Assembly: GCA_044229845.1 (NCBI GenBank)
Contig: JBGASG010000008.1
Location: forward strand, 64,001 to 128,000
Direction: 5' to 3'
DNA from: Candidatus Obscuribacteraceae bacterium
GTDB lineage: Bacteria; Cyanobacteriota; Vampirovibrionia; Obscuribacterales; Obscuribacteraceae
Length of the DNA: 64,000 bases
Under the pieces are notes generated by a model. It searched no databases. It saw nothing but the letters and a program-made list of their open reading frames with translations, and had not been told where the DNA came from. Shown piece by piece: positions 1 to 9,594 of the stretch. The translations under genes were made by a program, and so were the position numbers. Every line of letters begins with the position of its first letter. The first letter of the stretch is position 1.

Positions 1-42
1 TACGTGGAAGTCGCTATGCCGGTAGACTAACACAGTGTAGCA

Positions 43-879
43 ATGTTCCCGTTCAGCTTGTCTGAGAGATTGATAAAAGGCGATAGTTTTCAAGCACGGC
101 TAAACGACCATACGGCGGTCGTTACAGGCGCCAGTCGCGGCATTGGCAGGGCACTGGCCCTGGCATTCTCGAAAGCCGGCGCCCGTGTGGCTTTGCTGTC
201 TCGGAATCAAGAAGCGCTCAATGCACTGTCCCAGGAGATCCGCGACCAGGGCGGCGCCCCATCTGTTGCAATACGTTGCGACGTGTCCAGTGAAGTCGAC
301 GTCAAAAACGCCTTTGCTCGACTGGAGGAGACTTTCGGCGACCCGGACATCGTCATCAATAACGCCGGTATATACGTTACGTATCCAGTGAAAGACCATG
401 ACACAGAGAGCTGGAACCAGGTTTTGCAGACTAATCTGACCGGGGCGATGCTCGTCTCCCGAGCCGCGCTTACCCCGATGATCGAGCGCGGTTGGGGACG
501 CATCATCAACATATCGAGCATATCCGGAAGGACTGGCGAAGCATTCGGCAGCGCCTATTCAGCCAGCAAATTCGGCATGATCGGACTGACACAATCTCTG
601 GCTCTGGAAGTGGCAAAGCACAGCATCACCGTCAATGCCATCTGCCCGGGTTGGGTGAAAACTGAAATGGCGATCAGCCAGCTGGAAGATCCAAAATGGT
701 GTAATCTGAATTCCATAGAACCTTCGGAATCCCAAGCGATTGCCTGTATGTCAGTCCCGCAAGAACGCCTCATCGAGCCAGAAGAAGTGGCTGATCTGGC
801 CTTGTTTCTGGCCACCGATGCCGCACGCGGTATCACCGGACAATCGATCAATATCTGCGGAGGCATGAGTCTGCATTGA
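43..879 (+). CDS. Short-chain dehydrogenase/reductase (FabG / 3-hydroxybutyrate dehydrogenase-like)
   Basis: TGASRGIG NAD(P)-binding motif, NNAG, YSASK catalytic motif, VNAICPG. True start may lie slightly downstream. Confidence 0.9.
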   Translation: MFPFSLSERLIKGDSFQARLNDHTAVVTGASRGIGRALALAFSKAGARVALLSRNQEALNALSQEIRDQGGAPSVAIRCDVSSEVDVKNAFARLEETFGDPDIVINNAGIYVTYPVKDHDTESWNQVLQTNLTGAMLVSRAALTPMIERGWGRIINISSISGRTGEAFGSAYSASKFGMIGLTQSLALEVAKHSITVNAICPGWVKTEMAISQLEDPKWCNLNSIEPSESQAIACMSVPQERLIEPEEVADLALFLATDAARGITGQSINICGGMSLH

Positions 880-1715
880 CCACTACTCAGGGAACGCTGG
901 CTGCTAAAGCTCTGGAGAAACACCCCTGGCCGATCGAAGAAATTGGCGGTCTGTCTTTGATCCGCTCACCGCAGCTGAACGCCACCCAAAAGTTGATTCA
1001 CGCCTTCACCACCCGCCACGGCGGCAATTCGCCGGCGCCTCTCGATTCATTCAATCTGGCCAGACACTGGAACACCGAAGAATCCCGCACCGATGCCATG
1101 CACAATCGCGGCATTCTGTGCAGCGCACTGGGGCTGGACGCCGAGGCGTTGACAGTGCCCGGACAAGTGCATTCGACGAACATATTTCATTTGGAAAGCG
1201 AAAAAGATCACGGCACTCGCCTGCCGGACTACGACGGAGTAATTTCTGCTCGCGTCGGCTGGCCGATTCTCCTGCACTTCGCCGATTGCGTGCCGGTCAT
1301 GCTTTTCGACACAGAAAAACGGGTTCTGGCTGTTTTGCACGCCGGCTGGCGCGGCACTGCCGGTGGTATCGCGAGCAAAGGTATGCAGTTTCTGAAAGAA
1401 ACTTTCCAGAGCGACCCCCGCCACGTGATCGGGGCTGTCGGACCGGCGATCGGCAGTTGCTGTTACGAAACCGGCGAAAACGTGCCCAGCGCCCTGGCGG
1501 GCACAGTCAGCAACATCGAGCCATTCATTACGCGCAAAAACGGCAAACCACATCCCGATCTCAAAGCAATCAATGCCATGCAGCTTCTGGAAGCCGGCGC
1601 CGGGCAGGTAGACGTCACCCAATGGTGCACCGCCTGCCATCCGGAAATTTTCTACTCGCACCGGCAATCGGGCGGCAAGACAGGCCGGCAGGGAGCGCTC
1701 GCCTGCATTCGGTAA
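876..1715 (+). CDS. pgeF: PgeF/YfiH family purine nucleoside phosphorylase (laccase-domain protein)
   Basis: HAFTTRHGG, QVHS, ADCVPV, HAGWRG, GPAIGSCCYE, CTAC and FYSHR motifs. Confidence 0.92.
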   Translation: MTTTQGTLAAKALEKHPWPIEEIGGLSLIRSPQLNATQKLIHAFTTRHGGNSPAPLDSFNLARHWNTEESRTDAMHNRGILCSALGLDAEALTVPGQVHSTNIFHLESEKDHGTRLPDYDGVISARVGWPILLHFADCVPVMLFDTEKRVLAVLHAGWRGTAGGIASKGMQFLKETFQSDPRHVIGAVGPAIGSCCYETGENVPSALAGTVSNIEPFITRKNGKPHPDLKAINAMQLLEAGAGQVDVTQWCTACHPEIFYSHRQSGGKTGRQGALACIR

Positions 1716-1845
1716 CGCTATAAGATATTTCTGCCTACCAGCTAATTTCTTGAGCCAGATCTATCCTGTTTAATACAGAATATAGATAACCTCGACCAAT
1801 GCTGGTTTCTCTCTTAATGCCGCAGCCTGCGCGTTAACACAGGAC

Positions 1846-3729
1846 ATGACAAGTCGCATCAAGCCAAAGGGACGATCCATAGTCCGCGCCGTTCTGGCGC
1901 TGGGCTCGGTCGTGGTGTTTCTGTCGAACGCTTCAGCGGCTGCGCCCGCCACTTCCGGACAGCCGGCGCATCCCGTCCTCCAGAAGCAGCAAGCGCAAGC
2001 AGACTGGCAACCGCCGGCTGCGACAGCGCCGCCGCCCTCGCCCGAACCGAAGGGTCCATCCACAGCGCCCCATATGCGTAGTCCCGGCGGCGCCGGCAAG
2101 GCTGCCGCGTCGCCACAGACCAGCACGATGCCGCCGACGGCTCCCAGCCTCTCTCAAGACAAATATCCCGATGTGGGCGAACTGGAGAAGATGATGTTCG
2201 GACAGCCTTCGCCGGCAGTCGCCATCGAAACCCGCTTGGACAACCTGGAAAATGCCCTCTACAAGAAAACGTCGCCGGGATTGCCTGTGCCTGAGCGCAT
2301 CACCAATCTGGCACGCGATCTGACCGGCGCCGAGATTCCAGGGCTGGAGGGAGCCTCACAGCCACCCTATTCGCCGGTTCCGGGCTACAACGCAGACCCC
2401 CACGCCGGACTGCGCATGTCACGCCCGCCCGAGCAACCGCCTGCCAATGTCGGTGCCGCACCGCAACCGCCGCAAGAAGACGACAACACGCCTTTCTGGC
2501 AAGAGGCTCTCTCCCACGAACAACTCGATAAGTTTGCCCTCGAGTATCTCAATAAGCGGCGCAGCGAGCAGGGACTGAATGCGCTCAGCTGGGACCCGCT
2601 GGCAGAAAAAATCGGCAAAGAGCTGCTCAAGGACCTTTGCCAGAACAATACCGTGTCGCACAACAACTCCAAGAATGAAAACCCCGACATAAGATACACC
2701 AAATCTGGTGGCACCGACGCGATGCTGGAGAGTGTGGTCGCCGCTCGCACATCCGGAAGATTGAAACTGAACCGAGCGCTGGTACGCCAGCTCTTCGACA
2801 TTATGGAGCAGCGCCAGGACGACAAAATGTCGCTGTTTTCGCCCGATGCCACGCAGTTTGGTTTCGGCTTCGGGCAGACTCCCGAGAACGACCGGCTGAT
2901 CGGTGTCTGCGAAGTGATCACCAAACACGGTGAATTCGCGCCGATACCGGCTGAAGTGAGCGTCGGCGATAAGATCGAGGTAAAGGGCAAAATCGAAGGC
3001 GGCTACCATTTCGACAAAATCAGTTTAGCGTGGGAAGGCGGTTTGCCTGGCGGCGAGCCATTCGAAGAATCGGATGAAGCGTTGCCTTATTTCGCGCCGC
3101 TCGATTACGAAGCACACGGACAGAAAGCCGAACGAAACTGGGAAGGCCGCATCAAGTTCATGCAGATAGTTGCCATTGCCGGCATCGCCGCAGGCAGTTT
3201 CTTCATGCCGCCGGTGGCGCTGGCAGCGCCTTTAATCATGGCGGCGCCGGCAATGTCCGGTTCCAGCAAACCAAGAGCCGTATCCGACATTCCCGTCCAT
3301 GGCGGCGTCAAGGTGGACGGCTCCGGCTCGTTCGCGCATAAAGTAACCGTAAGCAAGGACGGAAAAGAAGGGATATACTACATAACGGTATGGGCAACGA
3401 CGGGAGAAGGCGCAACACCGGTTCCGCTCAGTCGCCGAGCTGTCATCGCCCGTGGTATCACGCAATCCGGCACCGATAATGACGGCGACGACAACGCTCA
3501 GCCCGAAATAAAGCTGGAGAAGACCAAGGACAAAGAGAAGGACAAAGACAAAGATCGCGACGAGAAAGAAGAGAAAGGTAAGAAGGATAAAGATAAAGAC
3601 AAGCGCGACAAGGACGAAAAACAGGCTTACGACGAAGCTCCGGCACCGCCCAGTTTGAACTCCGACGATAAGCCAGTCCCCACGGATGTGAACAAAGATC
3701 TTGATCAAGGCAGCACTGCACCAAACTAG
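1846..3729 (+). CDS. Secreted CAP/SCP-domain protein with Pro-rich N-terminus and charged D/K/E-rich C-terminus
   Basis: Signal-like N-terminus; LEYLNKRRSEQGLNALSWD...VSH resembles the CAP domain start; low-complexity tails. Confidence 0.65.
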   Translation: MTSRIKPKGRSIVRAVLALGSVVVFLSNASAAAPATSGQPAHPVLQKQQAQADWQPPAATAPPPSPEPKGPSTAPHMRSPGGAGKAAASPQTSTMPPTAPSLSQDKYPDVGELEKMMFGQPSPAVAIETRLDNLENALYKKTSPGLPVPERITNLARDLTGAEIPGLEGASQPPYSPVPGYNADPHAGLRMSRPPEQPPANVGAAPQPPQEDDNTPFWQEALSHEQLDKFALEYLNKRRSEQGLNALSWDPLAEKIGKELLKDLCQNNTVSHNNSKNENPDIRYTKSGGTDAMLESVVAARTSGRLKLNRALVRQLFDIMEQRQDDKMSLFSPDATQFGFGFGQTPENDRLIGVCEVITKHGEFAPIPAEVSVGDKIEVKGKIEGGYHFDKISLAWEGGLPGGEPFEESDEALPYFAPLDYEAHGQKAERNWEGRIKFMQIVAIAGIAAGSFFMPPVALAAPLIMAAPAMSGSSKPRAVSDIPVHGGVKVDGSGSFAHKVTVSKDGKEGIYYITVWATTGEGATPVPLSRRAVIARGITQSGTDNDGDDNAQPEIKLEKTKDKEKDKDKDRDEKEEKGKKDKDKDKRDKDEKQAYDEAPAPPSLNSDDKPVPTDVNKDLDQGSTAPN

Positions 3730-4975
3730 CCACCACGCCGGGATCGCCCTTCTGGCTGCTGTAGCGATAACGATGTCTGCTGCGCCAGTCGTTTCGGCAA
3801 AGTGCGTGGGCTGCCAGAAGAAGGCGCAAGCCGCACTGGAGGCAGCCACTAAGGGCAAGCAACTCCCTGAACACGAGCTGATGGACTTCGTGAATAAGAA
3901 GGTTGCTCCAGCAACTACAGCGCCAGCCCCGGCACCACCTTTTAAACCAACCAACTCCACGGGCACCCACGACAGTTTCTCGGCGACGCCCAGTCCCGCC
4001 CCCAGTGCGCTACAGGGCGGCACAGATTCAACCATGTTGCAGACAGGCACGCAGTCGACGCTATTGCAGTCGGGCACGCAATCAACGACGTTGCAAACCG
4101 GCACCCAGTCGACGATGCTGCAGACCGGAACCCAGAGCACCACACTGCAGGGCGGCGCGTACGGCACCATTTTGCAAGGAGGCGCAACCCGACAGGGAGG
4201 ACCTGTCAGCATTCTGGTGCTTGTCGATGCTTCTCGCAGCATGAGCGAGAAAATCAACGGCTCGCTGGTCGGCGGCATGCTCGGTCTGGGCGCCCAGGCG
4301 AAGGATCAGCAAAAAATGGACGCCGCGAAAGTGGTGCTCGAGAACACGCTGGCTCGCATTCCTCTCGATGTCAGCCTCGGCTTGCGCGTGTTCGGTCAAA
4401 CTTTCAACAATGACGGCAATGACTGCCTCCAGACGGCTCTGCTGGTGCCTATCGGCAAAAACAACCGCCGCATTATTCGCGATGCTGTGGGCACACTGAA
4501 GCCTTTTGGACTGACACCACTCACCTACGCTCTATACCAGGCCGAGAAGGATCTGGAACCGATCGAAGGCAACAAGACGATCATTCTGATTTCGGATGGC
4601 GTCGATACTTGCGGACAGGATCCGTGCGAATTGATTCGACGCCTGGAGGCCCGGGGCATCCATATCAAGATCGATATCGTTGGATTGGGGCTCGGGCACG
4701 GAATGCAGGGCATGGATGCGAAACGGCAACTCAATTGCATAAGCGAAGCATCGGGCGGCAAGTTCTATGATGCCAACACCGCGGGTGAACTTTTGGACAG
4801 CATCACGACCAGCGTCAAGCAAGCCATCCAGGGCAAAGTGATCACCCGGATGAAACCGACGACACCGCCTCAAGATGAACAACAGCAATCAGCACCGGCA
4901 GATCAAAACAACGATCAGCAGGGCGGCGAAGTGCCAATGGTCATGCCGGTTCCGGCGCAACCCGATCAGCAGTAG
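3701..4975 (+). CDS. Secreted von Willebrand factor A domain protein
   Basis: MIDAS motif DASRSMS, G-x-TPL, ILISDG, IDIVG; signal-like N-terminus. Confidence 0.85.
   Translation: MIKAALHQTSHHAGIALLAAVAITMSAAPVVSAKCVGCQKKAQAALEAATKGKQLPEHELMDFVNKKVAPATTAPAPAPPFKPTNSTGTHDSFSATPSPAPSALQGGTDSTMLQTGTQSTLLQSGTQSTTLQTGTQSTMLQTGTQSTTLQGGAYGTILQGGATRQGGPVSILVLVDASRSMSEKINGSLVGGMLGLGAQAKDQQKMDAAKVVLENTLARIPLDVSLGLRVFGQTFNNDGNDCLQTALLVPIGKNNRRIIRDAVGTLKPFGLTPLTYALYQAEKDLEPIEGNKTIILISDGVDTCGQDPCELIRRLEARGIHIKIDIVGLGLGHGMQGMDAKRQLNCISEASGGKFYDANTAGELLDSITTSVKQAIQGKVITRMKPTTPPQDEQQQSAPADQNNDQQGGEVPMVMPVPAQPDQQ
4005..4183 (+). repeat. Degenerate 27-bp coding repeat (about 6-7 units of 9 aa, TxLQ(T/S/G)GTQS)
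   Basis: SALQGGTDS TMLQTGTQS TLLQSGTQS TTLQTGTQS TMLQTGTQS TTLQGGAYG TILQGG in the translation. Confidence 0.85.
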
Positions 4976-4998
4976 ACGGAGCGGTCAGCCTCAGGTAG

Positions 4999-5328
4999 TC
5001 AGGCTTTGACCGGGCGTTTCCACTCGTGGTTCTTAGTTTCGTCCAGAGGTCCCTGGCGGTTGAAATAACTCTCCAGCATGCCCTGCATGCCGCGCTTGCG
5101 CAGGTCCATATGGAACGGGCTCTTATACCACTCACCTAAAGCTTCTTCGGTCTCCCAGATGCTGGCGACCATAAAGCGCAGTGAGTCAGCCGGGTCCTGC
5201 CAGGCTTCAATGTACTTGCATTTGGGATCGTCGCGGTTAACGCGAATCGATTCCTCGGTCAGTTTCAAAAATTCGTCTGTGTATTCAGGTCCGCCGAGGC
5301 GGAGTCCCAGCATATTGAGGATTGCCAT
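4999..5328 (-). CDS. Antibiotic biosynthesis monooxygenase (ABM/Dabb) family protein
   Basis: Size and SIWETEEALGEWYKSPFH pattern typical of ABM domains. Confidence 0.7.
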   Translation of the reverse strand: MAILNMLGLRLGGPEYTDEFLKLTEESIRVNRDDPKCKYIEAWQDPADSLRFMVASIWETEEALGEWYKSPFHMDLRKRGMQGMLESYFNRQGPLDETKNHEWKRPVKA

Positions 5329-5363
5329 GTTTCTCGCTCAAAAACGTATTTGGTTTGTACTAG

Positions 5364-6938
5364 TTAGAACGTCGGCGCCGATATGCGCGATGCAGTTTCT
5401 TTGGCGACATGATCGGAGTACGGAGTGTATGTCTTGGTCAGCATCATCGGATAGATACCCAACGCCAGAATGAAGACGCTGAGCCCATAGGCGACGATTT
5501 TTTCAGTGGGATTCATGTCACTGAGGTGACCAACCCATTTCGGTTGTTCCGGACCGTAGAAGAGTCGTTTCAATAGCCAGAGCATATAGCCGGCTGTGAG
5601 GATGACGCCTGTACAGGCGATGATCAAAGCTGTGTGCACCAGTTCCGGATCCGGTCCGATCGTCGCCATGGCACCGGTAAAGGCACCATAAAAACAAGTG
5701 ACTTCAGCCACAAATCCGGCCAGCCCCGGCAATCCGAGATTAGCCATGGCTGCCAGCATCCAGAAATAGAACACATACGGCATCTGCTTGGCCAGGCCGC
5801 CACCAATTTCAGGAATACTGCGGGTATGGGTGCGGTCGTATATCGTTCCGACCAGAAAGAACAGCGCTGCCGATATCACACCGTGCGCAATCATCTGGAA
5901 GATGGCACCGCTGAGCGCCGCCGCCGAGACGGCTCCCACGCCGATCAATATGAAGCCCATGTGGCTGACCGACGAGTACGCAATCACGCGTTTCATATCT
6001 GTCTGCACCAGGCAGGCAATCGCAGCCCAGACCACATTGAAGCAGCCCAACGCAATGATCCAGGAGCCGTATGTCGCCACCACATCCGGGAAGAAACCCA
6101 TGCAGATGCGCACCAGACCGTAAGATCCCATCTTGAGAAGCAGTCCGGCCAGAATCATTGATATCGGCGTCGGCGCTTCCACGTGTGCATCGGGCAACCA
6201 TGTGTGGAAAGGGAACGAGGGCAGTTTGATAATAAACGCCAGGAAGAAACCCATAAAAGCCAGCGACTGAATGCCGCGTGCCAATGTCGGTGTTTGTTGC
6301 GCCAGCTCGACCATATTGAAGGTAGGAACGGCGCCGCTGGATGAGAGCTGGAAATAAGTAAATAGAATGCCAGCCAGCATCAAGATGCCGCCGGTGAATG
6401 TGTAGAGCAAAAACTTCATCGCAGCGTAGTCGCGCCGCGGACCGCCCCAGATGGCGATCAAGAAGTACATGGGCACCAGTTCCAGTTCGAACATGACGAA
6501 GAACTGCACCAGATCCTGCGACATGAAGACGCCGAGGATGGAAGTCGTCAGCAGCATGACCATGCTGTAGTAAAAGCGCGGACGCATCTTATCAACGCTC
6601 TGACTGGCCAGTACCGCAGCCAGTGTGACGATTGTCGTTAAAAGAATCAGCGACAGGCTCATGCCATCGATGCCGACGTGATAGTCGACAGTCACCGACT
6701 TGTTGTTGCCCGGCAGCATCATAGTGATCCAGGGCAACTTAGTTTCGAATTGCAACGCGATCGAGTTGTAGTCGAAGCGGGCAGCCAGCACCACACTCAG
6801 TACCAGCATCACAAATGAAAGACCAATCGCCGTGGGTCGCGCTGTGCGTTCGGGAAGGATCGGCAGTCCGATGATGATCGTCCCCAGAAGCGGCACGAGA
6901 AGCAAGATTGTCAACAGTAAGTCCACGGCAGCATGCAT
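5364..6938 (-). CDS. ndhD: NADH-quinone oxidoreductase subunit M / NdhD (antiporter-like subunit)
   Basis: Polytopic membrane protein with FELELVPMYFLIAIWGG, KLPSFPFHTWLPDAHVEAP, LLKMGSYG, AYSSVSHMG. Start trimmed to ATG at 6938 (GTG at 6926 also possible). Confidence 0.93.
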   Translation of the reverse strand: MHAAVDLLLTILLLVPLLGTIIIGLPILPERTARPTAIGLSFVMLVLSVVLAARFDYNSIALQFETKLPWITMMLPGNNKSVTVDYHVGIDGMSLSLILLTTIVTLAAVLASQSVDKMRPRFYYSMVMLLTTSILGVFMSQDLVQFFVMFELELVPMYFLIAIWGGPRRDYAAMKFLLYTFTGGILMLAGILFTYFQLSSSGAVPTFNMVELAQQTPTLARGIQSLAFMGFFLAFIIKLPSFPFHTWLPDAHVEAPTPISMILAGLLLKMGSYGLVRICMGFFPDVVATYGSWIIALGCFNVVWAAIACLVQTDMKRVIAYSSVSHMGFILIGVGAVSAAALSGAIFQMIAHGVISAALFFLVGTIYDRTHTRSIPEIGGGLAKQMPYVFYFWMLAAMANLGLPGLAGFVAEVTCFYGAFTGAMATIGPDPELVHTALIIACTGVILTAGYMLWLLKRLFYGPEQPKWVGHLSDMNPTEKIVAYGLSVFILALGIYPMMLTKTYTPYSDHVAKETASRISAPTF

Positions 6939-7115
6939 CCTGAAACTAGTTGTGTGCGCAGCAAGTATATCGACATAGAGAGTCGGATGTCGCGCGGCGA
7001 GCGCCGTTGAAGATTTGTTGAAACACAAAATAATTTCAGAAATGAAAGAAGGAACCAATGGCGTACACTGTGTGGCGCACAGACTTAGATCAAAAGCGAC
7101 TGCGGAGACAAAGCC

Positions 7116-9110
7116 TTGGAAGTTTCACCCGTGCTTCAAAATGCGTACTGGATTGTGCTGGCGCCATTCATCGCCGGCGCCGTCATCATCCTCGGTGCGC
7201 GAGCGAGCAAAACTATGTCGATGCTGCTGTCAATAGCGGCAGTTGCATATGGCTTCGTGCATTCGCTGTTGATCTTCAATACCCTGCACGGCAACCCGGT
7301 TCCATATCAAGTCAACTGGGACTGGTTCGTCTCCGACAGTTTCAAGCTGTCAGTCGGACTGCTTGTCGACAACCTCGCATCCGTCATGTTGATCGTCGTC
7401 ACCGCCGTCAGCTTGCTGGTGCAGATATATACGCATGGCTACATGCGTGAAGATCCGGGCTACTCCCGCTTCTACTCATACCTGTCTTTGTTCACCGGCT
7501 CGATGCTGGGACTGGTGGTCGCCACCAACTTATTTCAGATGTATCTATTTTGGGAACTGGTGGGGGTTTGCAGTTATTTCCTGATTGGCTTCTGGTGGTA
7601 CAAGCCAAGTGCCGCTGCCGCTTGCCTTAAAGCATTTGTTGTCAACCGCGTCGGCGACTTCGGGTTTCTTGTTGGCATCTTGATGTTCCTGGCCGCCACC
7701 ATGGGATTCTGGTCGGCACACGCCGATCATGGATTGCTGATGTTCACCGACCCCACAGGTGGTGGCATCGATCTCACCGGCGCCATGCGCTGGGCATTGA
7801 CCGAAGGCTCCGGTCATCTGACCACATCACTTCTGACCGTCATTTCGCTCTTGATCTTTACGGGACCGATGGCAAAATCGGCGCAGCTACCTTTGCATGT
7901 ATGGCTGCCTGATGCGATGGAAGGTCCGACACCAATCTCCGCACTGATCCATGCCGCCACCATGGTGGCAGCCGGAGTCTACCTGGTGGCACGTGCCTAT
8001 CCTCTCTGGCTCAACTGGGCAGACCCCGCCAATCCGACCACGGTCGACTCGGCGGGACTCAATTTCGTTGCCTGGATCGGCACGTTGACGGCATTGATGG
8101 CCGCCATCATCGCTTGCAGCCAGTACGACATCAAACGCATTCTCGCCTGGTCCACAGTCTCGCAGCTCGGCTACATGTTCGCCGGTCTGGGAGTTGGTGC
8201 CTTCACCGGCGGTATGTTCCACCTCTTCAACCACGCCTTCTTCAAAGCCATGCTCTTCCTGTGCAGCGGCGCCGTCATCCATGCTCTGCACGACGAGCAG
8301 GATGTGCGCAACATGGGCGGGTTGAAGAAATATATGCCGATCACTTACTGGTGTTGTTTGATTGGCACCATATCCATCTCGGGCGTGCCGGGCTTCAGCG
8401 GTTTCTTCTCTAAAGATGAGATCATCGGCGGTGCCTGGGATGCAGGCGCCAAGGGCGTCGCGTGGATCCTTATATTCACCGCCGGACTGACGGCGTTCTA
8501 TATGTTCCGCATGCTTTTCATGGCTTTCCACGGCGAGTATCGCGGCACAGTCAAGCCTCACCACGAAAAGTTCGGCGTCGTCACGGCACCACTTTGTGCC
8601 CTGGCAGTGCCATCGATCGTCAGCGGTTTCCTGGGCACCAGCATGAACTTCTGGCAAGGTCAGCCGTACACGACACCGTTCGGCAACTTCCTCTATTTCC
8701 AGCATCCGCACTTCCCGGAGATTAACTGGACACCGGTGGCGTTATCAATCGGCGCCGCCTTTATAGGGATAGCCCTGGCCGGCCTGGTGTATGTGTCGCG
8801 CACGTTGAAGATCAACGACTGGTTTATCGAGAACGCGCGCCCACTCTACAACCTGTCGTTCAACAAATTCTACTGGGACAATATCTATCTGGGACTTGTG
8901 AACAAGCTGCTGCTGCCTTTCTTCACGCTGTCCTGGCAGTGGGTCGATATGTACATAGTCGACAACCTGGTCAATTTGAACCGCACGGTCGTGCTGGGCA
9001 CGAGCGAAACGCTTCGTCTCTCCGAAAACGGGCGTGGACAGTTCTACGCGATGATTATCTTTGCCTGCGTAGCCGGCATTACGTTGTTTGTTTACCTGAC
9101 CCACAATTAG
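7116..9110 (+). CDS. ndhF: NADH-quinone oxidoreductase subunit L / NdhF
   Basis: WELVGVCSYFLIGFW, NRVGDFG, AKSAQLPLHVWLPDAMEGPTPISALIHAATMVAAG, HAFFKAMLFL. Confidence 0.95.
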   Translation: MEVSPVLQNAYWIVLAPFIAGAVIILGARASKTMSMLLSIAAVAYGFVHSLLIFNTLHGNPVPYQVNWDWFVSDSFKLSVGLLVDNLASVMLIVVTAVSLLVQIYTHGYMREDPGYSRFYSYLSLFTGSMLGLVVATNLFQMYLFWELVGVCSYFLIGFWWYKPSAAAACLKAFVVNRVGDFGFLVGILMFLAATMGFWSAHADHGLLMFTDPTGGGIDLTGAMRWALTEGSGHLTTSLLTVISLLIFTGPMAKSAQLPLHVWLPDAMEGPTPISALIHAATMVAAGVYLVARAYPLWLNWADPANPTTVDSAGLNFVAWIGTLTALMAAIIACSQYDIKRILAWSTVSQLGYMFAGLGVGAFTGGMFHLFNHAFFKAMLFLCSGAVIHALHDEQDVRNMGGLKKYMPITYWCCLIGTISISGVPGFSGFFSKDEIIGGAWDAGAKGVAWILIFTAGLTAFYMFRMLFMAFHGEYRGTVKPHHEKFGVVTAPLCALAVPSIVSGFLGTSMNFWQGQPYTTPFGNFLYFQHPHFPEINWTPVALSIGAAFIGIALAGLVYVSRTLKINDWFIENARPLYNLSFNKFYWDNIYLGLVNKLLLPFFTLSWQWVDMYIVDNLVNLNRTVVLGTSETLRLSENGRGQFYAMIIFACVAGITLFVYLTHN

Positions 9111-9120
9111 CGAGCGAAAA

Positions 9121-9405
9121 ATGGCTGACGCACATAAAGACGACGATCACGGACACGCTCACGGTCATGGCGACGATCATGGACATGGTCACGGCGCCGC
9201 CGCCGGCGACATCATTTCGGAAGACAGCCCCCAGGACATGGTCCTGACATTAATGGCAATGTTAACGTTGGCGGGGCTGATGACTATGATGTTCTGGTTC
9301 TACCAGCCGGGCGGCGAACCGCCTGCGCACCATGCTGGCGGCGCAGAAACTCACATTCCTGCGTCCACCGATGGTGAAGGGACTCCCAGCGGTGAACACC
9401 ACTAG
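9121..9405 (+). CDS. Small His-rich single-pass membrane protein
   Basis: ATG 10 nt after the ndhF stop; HGHAHGHGDDHGHGHG N-terminus; one hydrophobic helix (MVLTLMAMLTLAGLMTMMFWFY). Confidence 0.75.
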   Translation: MADAHKDDDHGHAHGHGDDHGHGHGAAAGDIISEDSPQDMVLTLMAMLTLAGLMTMMFWFYQPGGEPPAHHAGGAETHIPASTDGEGTPSGEHH

Positions 9406-9418
9406 CGGAGCCCATCCC

Positions 9419-9587
9419 GGTCCGTGCAAGAACGGGAATTGACTTCCTCCCTGACGGGATTCCGGCTAAGCGACTGACACGGTGGGTTCCTGCTTCATCG
9501 AGCTCCGAGATTTCTCTCGAATTCATTCGCTCTCCACAGGCTCAACGGGCGAGCCCAGCCCTGATCGACCCGGTAACCACCGGATCC
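9419..9587 (-). ncRNA. Stand-alone TnpB (IS200/IS605) omega-RNA / right-end RNA-like scaffold plus putative guide
   Basis: Minus strand reads GGGCTGGGCTCGCCCGTTGAGCCTGTGGAG...TCGATGAAGCAGGAACCCACC...GGAATCCCGTCAGGGAGGAAGTCAA, the typical tnpB 3'-end/right-end pattern ending in TCAA (9442-9439). Scaffold about 149 nt with several hairpins. Confidence 0.7.
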
Positions 9588-9594
9588 ATACATA

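Noticed and set aside
9419..9587. 6S RNA, SRP RNA or group II intron domain V as the identity of this element
   Set aside because: No SRP consensus loop, no end-to-end 6S rod and no domain V pattern; the tnpB right-end motifs explain it better.
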